Origin: Macrostomum lignano
Taxonomy: Eukaryota
Direction of reading: 5' to 3'
Assembly (NCBI GenBank): GCA_002269645.1
Contig: NIVC01003125.1
Coordinates: forward strand, 1-27,892
DNA length: 27,892 nt
Part shown: in pieces, positions 1-10,300 of the stretch
Layout: each line of letters starts with the position of its first letter
Numbering within the stretch: the stretch's first letter is position 1
Position numbers and translations under genes: made by a program
The notes under the pieces: model-generated
Told to the model about the DNA's origin: nothing
The model's database searches: none
Seen by the model: the letters and a program-made list of their open reading frames with translations, nothing else

Positions 1-747
1 CTTTGGGCCACGAAATGCGTGAGTGCCACTTGATGACTTTGCAAATCTGTCCATGTACCATGCTACTACGAGTAGAAAAATCGTTTTTTCGTACAATTTA
101 GTGATGAAACGGTCCAACCTGGGCTATTTGGCTTGCCGTTGGCTGTCAAAATCTGGAAATTGGTTGTGGCTTCAGACCAGTCTGCGATTGGTTCGGAGAG
201 CGGAGTCCAAACAGCAGCAACAGATTGAGGCCATCATTTGTACTCACAGGCAGCTCAGGTTTGACTTTTTTGTTATACTAGTAGCCTGATAGAACCATTA
301 GCATCTGAGGGATTCCCCATGAGTCATTAGTATCTGAGGGATTCCCCATGAGTCATTAGCATCTGAGGGATTCCCCATGAGCCATTATCATCTGAGGGAT
401 TCCCATGAGCCATTATCATCACAATCCATGGCAACTGCATAATTCAACAGCGACCAGGAAGGCGCGGACCTTCTCACCCGACGCAATGCCGAGTACAAGC
501 TGCCGTTTCCTCTGCTGGAGCCCGAATCCGGACTGAGCGACATTCTCGACGAGTGCAAATTCGAAAATTCTTCAGCTTCGATAATTACAACACGCGGTAA
601 CAGTGCTCAAGCTACTCAAGCTGCTGGGACCGGCAGGGCAACAGCTGCTGGTCAGACGAGAACGGGTCATTCTCAGACTAGGGAATATCTGCAAGCCAGT
701 AGAAAGAGGAGGCAGCCTCAGACACAGCAGCAGCAATCTGCAACCAG
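1..747 (+). CDS. AHR: AhR/spineless-type bHLH-PAS transcription factor, PAS-B/PAC exons (1-18, 102-258, 451-747); gene begins upstream of the window
   Basis: GT-AG introns 19-101 (phase 1) and 259-450 (phase 2) join in frame to LGHEM-LMKRSNLGYLACRWLSKSGNWLWLQTSLRLV...IICTHRQL-SDQEGADLLTRRNAEYKLPF. This matches the recalled spineless/AhR PAC end (WQWLQTSSRLV...VICTHRQLMDEEGHDLLGKR). Confidence 0.88.
293..417 (+). repeat. Intronic tandem repeat, ~29-bp unit (gcatctgagggattccccatgagtcatta), about 4 copies
   Basis: Units read directly at 301, 330, 359 and 388 inside intron 259-450. Confidence 0.9.
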
Positions 748-761
748 GTGAGGATATCTAA

Positions 762-2437
762 CCGTTCTGTTGGGTGATCTGCCCACCCGTTTGACGTCTC
801 GTGAGAACCGTTCTGTTGGGTGTGATCTGCCGACCCGTTTGACGTCTCGTGAGAGCCGTTCTGTTGGGTGTGATCTGCTCACCCGTTTGACATCTTGTGA
901 GAGCCGTTCTGTTGGGTGTGATCTGCCCACCCGTTTGACGTCTCGTGAGAGCCGTTCTGTTGGGTGTGATCTGCCACCCGTTTGACGTCTCGTGAGAGCC
1001 GTTCTGTTGGGTGTGATCTGCTCACCCGTTTGACGTCTCGTGAGAGCCGTTCTGTTGGGTGTGATCTGCTCACCCGTTTGACGTCTTGTGAGAGCCGTTC
1101 TGTTGGGTGTGATCTGCCACCCGTTTGACGTCTGTGAGAGCCGTTCTGTTGGGTGTGATCTGCCACCCGTTTGACGTCTCGTGAGAGCCGTTCTGTTGGG
1201 TGTGATCTGCTCACCCGTTTGACGTCTCGTGAGAGCCGTTCTGTTGGGTGTGATCTGCCCACCCGTTTGACGTCTCGTGAGAGCCGTTCTGTTGGGTGTG
1301 ATCTGCCACCCGTTGACGTCTGTGAGAGCCGTTCTGTTGGGTGTGATCTGCTCGACCCGTTTGACGTCTCGTGAGAGCCGTTCTGTTGGGTGTGATCTGC
1401 TCACCCGTTTGACGTCTTGTGAGAGCCGTTCTGTTGGGTGTGATCTGCCACCCGTTTGACGTCTCGTGAGAGCCGTTCTGTTGGGTGTGATCTGCTCACC
1501 CGTTTGACATCTTGTGAGAGCCGTTCTGTTGGGTGTGATCTGCCGACCCGTTTGACGTCTCGTGAGAGCCGTTCTGTTGGGTGTGATCTGCCCACCCGTT
1601 TGACGTCTCGTGAGAGCCGTTCTGTTGGGTGTGATCTGCTCACCCGTTTGACGTCTCGTGAGAGCCGTTCTGTTGGGTGTGATCTGCTCACCCGTTTGAC
1701 GTCTCGTGAGAGCCGTTCTGTTGGGTGTGATCTGCTCACCCGTTTGACGTCTTGTGAGAGCCGTTCTGTTGGGTGTGATCTGCCACCCGTTTGACGTCTC
1801 GTGAGAGCCGTTCTGTTGGGTGTGATCTGCCACCCGTTTGACGTCTCGTGAGAGCCGTTCTGTTGGGTGTGATCTGCCACCCGTTTGACGTCTCGTGAGA
1901 GCCGTTCTGTTGGGTGTGATCTGCCGACCCGTTTGACGTCTCGTGAGAGCCGTTCTGTTGGGTGTGATCTGCCGACCCGTTTGACGTCTCGTGAGAGCCG
2001 TTCTGTTGGGTGTGATCTGCTCACCCGTTTGACGTCTCGTGAGAGCCGTTCTGTTGGGTGTGATCTGCTCACCCGTTTGACGTCTCGTGAGAGCCGTTCT
2101 GTTGGGTGTGATCTGCTCACCCGTTTGACGTCTCGTGAGAGCCGTTCTGTTGGGTGTGATCTGCTCACCCGTTTGACGTCTTGTGAGAGCCGTTCTGTTG
2201 GGTGTGATCTGCCGACCCGTTTGACGTCTCGTGAGAGCCGTTCTGTTGGGTGTGATCTGCTCACCCGTTTGACGTCTCGTGAGAGCCGTTCTGTTGGGTG
2301 TGATCTGCTCACCCGTTTGACGTCTCGTGAGAGCCGTTCTGTTGGGTGTGATCTGCTCACCCGTTTGACATCTTGTGAGAGCCGTTCTGTTGGGTGTGAT
2401 CTGCTCACTCGTTTGACGTCTCATGAGAACCATTCTG
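762..2437 (+). repeat. Intronic minisatellite, 48-bp unit (47-49 bp variants), about 35 copies
   Basis: Unit ccgttctgttgggtgtgatctgctcacccgtttgacgtctcgtgagag counted copy by copy; it fills the AhR intron that starts at 748. No unique spacers. Confidence 0.97.
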
Positions 2438-2511
2438 CACATGTACTAAAAGGCCTCAGTCATCACTATTGCGTCAGTCTGGTCTCTGACCATATCTGTT
2501 TCCTTACAAAG

Positions 2512-4137
2512 CCATAACTTACAGTCACCTACCCCTTACTCGTACAGCAGCTGCGTCAGTGAACCAATGCAACAGCAGCACCAGCAGTTGATACAGCACC
2601 AGCACACTCTTCAAGCTCAGTTGCCGTCAGCGTCTATCTACAGCCAGCAAGTTCAGCAGCCTCATCATCATCATCATCATCATATACAGAATCCTTACTC
2701 GATAGGCTACCATCCCCAGCATCAGCAGCAGCATCCTTCATCATATTATCATCTCCATCAGCTGAATGAAAGCATTGGCATGGACGGCTATCAGTTTAGC
2801 TATGGTGACTATCAGCATCATCAGCATCATCAGCTGCATCAACAGCAGCTTCATCTGCAGTATCAGCAGTCTCAGCAGCCTCATCAGCACACTGATCAGC
2901 TGAGATCTCGAGCTGCGGCTGCTGCGGCTGCTGCTGCGGCTGCGGCTGCCACCGCTGCAGCGGTGGCCACTGCCGGTCAGTACGCTGCCGCGGCCGCTGG
3001 AGCTGGAGGCACCGACGACCTCACCGGCTACTCGTCCAGCGCACCTGGCTTCTGCGTCGACGAGCCAATCAGCGGCGCCAGTGGCGGCGCTTTTGATGGC
3101 GCTGCCGGCTATAGCGCCGGATTTTATGCCAGCGGACGGGAGGAGAGCTGCGGACAGTTTTATGACTCGCTTGTTGGCGGAGGGTAAGGGAGTTTGCTTG
3201 ATGCTTTTCATTGTGCTTTAATTATCTAACATAGTTGCCAGAGAGTAGCGAAGGGTAGAAGAGGGTAGCGAAAGGTAGAAGAGGGTAGCGGAGGGTAGCG
3301 GAAGGTAGAAGAGGGTAGCGGAGGGTAGCGGAAGGTAGAAGAGGGTAGCGGAGGGTAGCGGAAGGTAGAAGAAGGTAGCGGAGGGTAGCGGAAGGTAGAA
3401 GAGGCTAGCGGAGGGTAGCAGAGGCTAGCGGAGAGTAGCGGAGGGTAGAAGAGGCTAGCGGAGGGTAGCGGAGGGTAGCAGAGGGTAGCAGAGGCTAGCG
3501 GAGGGTAGCGAAGGGTAGAAGAGGCTAGCGGAGGGTAGCAGAGGCTAGCGGAGGGTAGCGGAGGGTAGTGGAGGGTAGCGGAGGGTAGCAGAGGCTAGCG
3601 GAGGGTAGAAGAGGGTGGCGGAGGGTAGCGGAGGGTAGCCAGAAGTCTTTAAAAAGCGCCAGCAGCAGTGCAGAGTATGAACTCTACCCTTCACAGTTCA
3701 ATAACTCGTTTCCAAACTCCGCGCATACCTTCTTCTCGCAGTTTCCAGTCGGGCATTCCGGTGCCAGTAGTTCGCAGCTCGCATTCCTACGCGTGGAAAT
3801 CAAATTTTCACGATGCCCAGCAGCAACAGCAGCAGCAGCTTGCAGCAGCCGGATATCAGTATGCCTATCAGGTGAGTCAGATATAAAACTTATGATACTC
3901 AGCAGCCCCTGGTGCTGGCGCCCTTGGTGCTGGCGCCCCTGGTGCTGGCGCCCTTGGTGCTGGCGCCCCTGGTGCTAAAGAGCCATTTCTTGTGCAAGGC
4001 ATGATAAAATGCTTGTATAGCACTGTGTATGAGTAGTATACGAGCGTAGTAGGAGTATAGCTGGAAATATGAAAATTATTTTAATTTTTTTAAATGAACT
4101 TTTTTTTCAGTCCTCAGAGCAGCTCGCAAGCAGCTAG
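2512..4137 (+). CDS. AHR: Q/H/A-rich C-terminal (transactivation-type) exons of the same AhR-like gene: 2512 (or 2548/2551)-3183, ~3657/3663-3871, 4111-4137
   Basis: Phase-2 donor at 748 matches phase-2 acceptors at 2512/2548/2551. The 206-aa ORF is polyQ/H/A-rich. Donors GG|gtaag (3184) and CAG|gtgagt (3872), acceptor tttttttcag|4111 gives SSEQLASS*, with AATAAA at 4206. The 3657-3871 exon needs an internal frame switch; unspliced read-through would stop at 3185-3187. Confidence 0.65.
3241..3640 (+). repeat. Intronic 10-bp purine-rich tandem repeat (gagggtagcg and variants), about 40 copies
   Basis: Direct reading; lies between the donor at 3184 and acceptors at ~3657-3663. Confidence 0.95.
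3903..3976 (+). repeat. 15-bp tandem repeat (gcccctggtgctggc / gcccttggtgctggc alternating), 5 copies, intronic
   Basis: Direct reading; follows the donor at 3872. Confidence 0.9.
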
Positions 4138-4999
4138 ACTGAATCATCGTCTAAATTCAAAGTTTCGCGACACGCGTGATTTATAACAAATTGTCGAATT
4201 TTTTAAATAAATGTTTTAATGCACCGATTTATCAATTAGATTGTTTGCACTTTTATTAAAACTTAGATGTGGTGTCTAGCATAACAGATTGAACTAATTA
4301 AAATTTAGATATTACAAAATTTTTTTTCTGGATGATATGTCAATATAATAACGATTTTAAGTAAATGGAAAATTTATATAAATAGTTTCTGTAATGACTT
4401 ATACATGTATATATCATTAATTTTTGCATTGCAAGTCATACTTGACTGTAACTAATTATTATTTAGATGTACATACTTATTGTTTTTATAATCTGCACTT
4501 CAAACAAAAAACTTTTGTTTAAACTGTTGTTGACTTAATAACAAGAACTGTATAATGCATAAATGTAGTCTTGTCTATCGCATCCGTGCATGCACTTTTT
4601 ACTAATTTATTGATTAATTTATGGTAGAATGAGTTTACCCAAATGAGTTTAAGTATTAAAAGTAAATGCGTTGTCCATCTTCACCAATAAAATTGTCTAA
4701 TAGGCAAATGACAGTTGATGTTTGATCCATGCATACATGACTATAGTACCCGGCAATGCATTTTATAATAAGTTAGTTCTTGCATTGAATTCCTTTGACA
4801 ACATAATTTACATTGCACATTTCATGTGTACCCGTACAGCAATCCGAATTCGGCTAAACGTTGGTGCAATGTGATGTAGGCTTTATTGGTACAAGGTCAC
4901 CATTCAGCCTCGACACGAGGCGAGTGACAGCTGAAGCGACTCCGAAGTCCACTGTTACACTGACGGCTCAATGAGGCATACATGTACATGTATGGTATT

Positions 5000-6045
5000 T
5001 CAGGCTTCGGAGCGTGTGCGTCTTCTTCAAGGGAGAAGCGGTGTGGAGCTATACTCCCAGTACACTGGACTCAACTCGTGTTTTCCAGAGCGAGGTGCTT
5101 GCCATTAGCTCCTGCGCGGCAGAACTGCGCCGAAGGCAGCTTAGCGGCTGGAAATTGATTTTTCACTCTGCTGACAGTCAGGCAGCCCTTCGGGCCCTCT
5201 GCCGCAGCACCACCAGTTCCAGATCTGTCCCAGCTCAACGGGCTTGCGCAAGACAATCAGGTGGAGCTCAAATGGATCCCGGTCCACGCTGGTTTCCTCG
5301 CCAACGAGCGCGCTGACCTGCTGGCCAAGGCTGGCTCCGCCGGTGCGCTGCTGGGGCCGGCCTCCTCCCTGCCTCGGTGATGAACTCCCGCGTTAAGCGC
5401 TGGGCTGATTCCGAGCATCTCCGCAGGTGGCAAGACGCTCAGAATTGCAGGCAATCCAGTGCTACCGTCCCAGCTGTCCCTCCCCCCTCCTGCGCGGAGT
5501 TCTCCTCAGGCTGAACCGAGAGACCTTTAGAGCAGCTATAGCATCCATGGGCCTCTCCGGGCAATAGCTGCTTGATCTCGCCACCGCTTCCTTCAGGGCC
5601 AGGTACCTGATGAGGAGTTGTGCCCCATCTGCAGCTCAGGCAGTAAAAACGCTGAGCACTTTATCTGCCACTGTCTGGTTTTCACCACGGCCAGGCTCAC
5701 TCACCTAGTGCCAAAACCCGCGGTTTTCTCCGACGTTTGCAGGCCGAGGGCATATACCGCTGCTGTCCCGGTACCTCAGAGATACGGGGACGAGCTGATT
5801 CTTCCCCACCGCCGGTGAGGAGGACCGCCTTGCAGGCGGGACCGACGGGTCCCCCTGAGCGACATCACTTCGACGGAAGTCGTTGGTTGCCATGATCGGG
5901 GGGCGGCGATCTCCTCTGCCTCCTGCAGATCGCTGCACCCGCCGGACGATGCCCCTGTAGCTAAAGTCAAATACGTAACGTGGATACATCGTGGATTCAT
6001 CGCCTAAATAACTCATACGTATACTGCTAACTAATAACTAACAAC
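5000..6045 (+). mobile_element. 5'-truncated, frameshifted non-LTR retrotransposon (LOA/R1-group-like): RNase H, C-terminal CCHC knuckle, 3' UTR
   Basis: Motifs across frames: VFQSEVLAI, SADSQAALRAL, WIPVHAGFLANERADLLAKAG (RNase H), HLRRWQDAQNCRQS, CPICSSGSKNAEHFICHC. TAA-rich tail near 6027-6045. Boundaries approximate; no clear TSD. Confidence 0.85.
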
Positions 6046-7379
6046 GCAGTGACAACAATTACACACACATCTCCAGGCTCCGTTTTTCACATTTCGCCTT
6101 TCTGTGGTTAGTTTTGTTTCTTGTCCTTTTGTAAATAATGTATTTTAATAAAAAAATAATTCAGATTGTTATTTATGGGTTATACGAGTTTTATTTAACA
6201 CGGTTTAAATCTATAATTTGTTGATATTTTTAAAGGTTTTCAAAGAAATTTTTTTCGAAAACTGTTTTTTAAACAAACCATGGCCTGCACAGCGATAATT
6301 ATAGCAAATTAGGTGAATTTAAATTTATATTAAAGTGTTTTCTCATTCCCATTGCATTTGTTGTGTAATCCACGGTAAAACTTATACAGTGTAATGCAAT
6401 CTCTCATCAAAACCCCTAATCAACACTGCACTGATCCATTAATTTGAGGCTGTTAGTTGAGGCTGTAGCCTGTAAAATACCTTGATATTTGAACGGAACG
6501 AGCTAATTGATATTTAGCTACGTTGCGTGTTGGTTAGGCTTGTTTATTTATGAGCTTATGTTTCGGCTGCTGTACTGGAAGTGTATCTATCGTCTCTATG
6601 ACTTGGAGCAATTCTAGTATTCGTAGTATAGGCCTAATGAGTTTCAGTTGAAAACAAAGTTAGGTCTACCCTGTGATGCTTGTATATGCATATTGCGCAT
6701 CTGTGCGCATCTGTATTTTTTAGCTTCTTAAGCCTACGCCAATCTTATCATTCAAGTCAAAGTGATGCTCTTTTAAGATTTTGATGTTTAAAAAGAATTA
6801 AACAATACTACATCTGCATTCACATTGCAATAACCAAAAATGTGCAACAGATGCAAAAAATGCTCAACAAAAGTTGTGCCAGCTATAATAGCTTGGTCTG
6901 TTTTAATTGTTTTTACTGGATTGTATTTCTACTTTGTGTAAGTACTTAGTTATTGTTGTTCAAATTTTAACCTTCTGGCTCTTTGGCAAATTATAATATT
7001 ATAAGTGATGATAAATGATTATGCTTTAAAATATTAATTAATTTAGGAGCATTCAAGTCCTTATTTAATAATTAGTTGGGTGCATGACCAAGATGGCCAC
7101 ACACCAAGATGGCTGCAGCTTTAAATGTATAAATAGATAATAGTAAGCCTATATATATAATATACGCACTCATTTCTTGTTGGTAATAATTTGTATTAGA
7201 TATACTATATCATACTATAGATCCTTAAGTCTTGGGGGGGATAGATGCTATAATAGAATTATTTTAAATTAAGAACATACCCTTTGGTTTTAGCTTTTAT
7301 TATAGCCTAACTTATAATAATAATTATTATCTACTAAATAAAGCAAGTAACTTGGTGTTACACTGCTTCCTAAGACAAG

Positions 7380-10300
7380 TAGGCTGTCCAATGTGATAAC
7401 AAAAGTTTGTCAACAAAATTGTAAAAAGTTACAAAATAGTGTCAACTTTGATTTCAAATTTTGGATAAAGTATTGTGTGCACAGAACTGCTGAAATATAC
7501 ACTGAAAAGAAGAAAAAAAACTCTGTAATCTGGCCAAACCCCAAGTAAAATTATTAATCCTCGTGTGATTATTTGTTAACTGAAAATAATATACTTTTCG
7601 TGTTTTTTCCTTTTTGGTTGATTTTTTACGAAAAAAACTGCTTTCACAAAATCTAAATTTAAAGATTTAAAAAACCATTTTTAACAAAAAGGATAGTATA
7701 AGTATGAAAGTAAACATTCCACTTTATATTTTTAGAATATTTCAAGGAAAAAAAGTTTTTCCTGTACACCTGTATTGCAATTGAAAGAATCTAATACAAA
7801 AATAATCAGGTTTCCTTCACATTGGCAAGCAATTTGACTTTTTTCTTAGAAAGATATGCATACCAGTAATTACATGCAGAAAGAATTTTGTAAGTTGCTT
7901 TTCCGCAACATAGTTATTGTATATTTTGTAGACCATCAAAATACATGTAAATCTCCATTGAAAAGCAGATATTGCTTCTTACTATTCTAATTTATATTCA
8001 GCAGAAGTTTTTTTGCTGAAAATGAAGTAATTATAAGGGGGTGAACTTTTTGAGCTACTCATAGCCATTACCATGCATACCGCAAGCTGGATTTCATGCT
8101 TTGATCCTAAATATGCACATACTACTTATATGCTACTTAGTAGAAAAAATATTTTTTTTGCGTAGAAATGCATACATATACTTATAAATATGCTGTTTTC
8201 GAAAAAATGTTGATTTATTCATCTTCTCTTTCCAATCTGCCTAATATAGAAGTAAATTTACTTCCATTTAGCAAGCGACTCTACCAGCATTTTACTTCCA
8301 TTTCTTTTTAACCATTGACCAAAGGCAAATGCAATCATTATTATCAATGATGGTATATGTATAGATGTATGTACATTGTATGAAAATGTAAACAAGACAC
8401 TAAGTCATTAAATAAACTTCTACAGGAGGCGCAGGTCTCACCAATCCAGTCACAATACAAGTCGTATTCGAATTCCTCCCCTTCGAAGTCATTGAACTCT
8501 ACCAAGAACAGCAAATCGAACACATCGTGGCAGATGCCAAGTGTAGGAAGCTGCTCAATAATGCGCCCTGAATTCCACTCTTCATATCCTCTTCCTTATC
8601 ATCTTCATCGACATACAGAAACGGCATTTCGATTCGCTGATCATTGCAAAGGCGTGGCATGCCAGCTAGGAGGAGGTGGTCAAAATTGGCTGATGCTGAT
8701 GGCCTAGCAGATTGACTCCCGCATGCACACCTCTGCCTCGTGACCGCGACAAACTTTGGCTGCGTCCGCGACCATTGGATGCGCCTCTGTGCATTCCACG
8801 ACCTCGTCCACGACCTAATTGTCCACTGTCAGCATCAGTGCCTGGCCTGGGGGCAGCAGGTTGTCTAGCACCCTTTGCCAAGATGGCTTGGATGACTGTG
8901 CTGACCCGCTCCTCACGGATGGCCAGCGAGTCCATGGCAACTGAAGCTGTGCGCTGACCATCCTCGTTCTGCTGGGGGGTCTGTGCCAGAATGCCCAGCA
9001 CCTCGCACAAATTTTCACGGAGCTGTGCAGTTGAAAAGCGCACACCACCTGCTGAAAAATTCAGCAAGCGGACTTTGTCCTTCGGTAGGACAATCTCTAA
9101 AAAAGAATTGATAAATAAATCTAAATGTTTTCCTAAGTCTTAACATTCTCCATGTGTAAATAAAAATTTTTCTGCTATAGGGACATACTCGTTGCCTTGT
9201 GGAGCCGGAGCTGAGCTTTTAATGCCTGCTCATGCTCAGCAGGTGACAAGGCTGCCAGCTGACTGTCCACGTCATCTGCACTACGCCACATGCCACCGAA
9301 TGCCTCGATGCCAACAATGGCATTTTGCAAAGTGGACGCCCGTAGCTCCTGCTTGCGCTGCTTCTCCAGCATCTTGTCGTGCAATAGCTCCTGACGTCTG
9401 TGACGAACAAATTCTGCGGAAGTGCGCGCGCGCTTCTCCATGGTTGGTGCCATGACTCGGGCCCGCGACATGATCAGCTGTTTTTCATGCTGTGACTTTG
9501 TTTCCAGCCACTCAGCAGTGCAGTTCTGGCTGAAAAGAACAGCTGACTCGCGTGCCAAATGCCTCATGTTCGGCTTGCCATGCACCGTGTAGTCCAAAAC
9601 AGCGAACATCCGCTCTCCAGCTACATTGTCTTTTGGTGCCTGAGCAGCTGCTGCCGTGTCCTCGGCAGACAGATCTCGCAGACGACCTCCTTGTAGGTGA
9701 TCAGCAACTTCCCGCTGAAGCAGCACAAGACAATGGGCGCATAGAACCTGGGTATGAAAAATGGGTTATTTTACTTCAATTAGATACATGTAATTGTATA
9801 TCTGCTTCATTGTACACTACAGTACTGTACATTAAAGTGTGACCAGACTAAGCAAATAACATAAAATATCTGACCTTGAGCGCTTGACTGACAAGACTAG
9901 TCTCCGCAGATACCTCGTCCGAAGTCAGCGACTCCCACGAAGCCCGTGCATCATCATCCTGAAGCACAACACCGGAAAGCTCCGGAAATGGGCCCTCCAG
10001 CTCTGCAGTCGGGACAACCGTCTCAGCCGATGTCATTTGCTGGAGCCAACTGCAGGCAGTCTCATATCGCTCATTCATGTCGATTAGGGTCACGCGGGAG
10101 TCCCGAAGCAGAAACCAGAGAGGACGAATGAGCAACAGGTCGAGCAAGCCCAGAGCACGGCATCCGGCCAACAGGATTGCAGATTTGAGGTCTGCTTCGA
10201 CCGCGAGAAGCAGGCGGTTGCTACAGTGGTATTCCGACAGAAAGGCCAGTAGGAGATCCTTCTGCCGGTAGACATAACCGCCATTTGGAAAAATGACGTA

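Noticed and set aside
718-2517. Long ORFs on both strands (574, 335, 210 aa and others)
   Set aside because: By-products of a 48-bp (multiple of 3) intronic repeat; the translations are pure 16-aa repeats.
2741-3211. 156-aa minus-strand ORF, and antisense ORFs over the transposase (11587-12426) and ZDHHC exons
   Set aside because: Shadows of GC-rich sense-strand coding exons; no motifs.
3793-3978. PWCWR or APGAG repeat peptide ORF
   Set aside because: Lies after a strong gtgagt donor; the APGAG frame has an upstream stop and nearby acceptors are out of phase.
5600-5870. Hammerhead ribozyme (CTGATGA at 5608; ctgagcga at 5855)
   Set aside because: No stem II-GAAA core follows; the first match is coding sequence (PDEE).
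7087-7116. Two caagatggc (YY1-like) motifs near the left TIR
   Set aside because: Only two short matches outside the element, with no supporting context.
8666-8668. ORF-track stop as the true end of the transposase
   Set aside because: A -1 frame continues into a coherent Tudor-like domain that ends at 8420.
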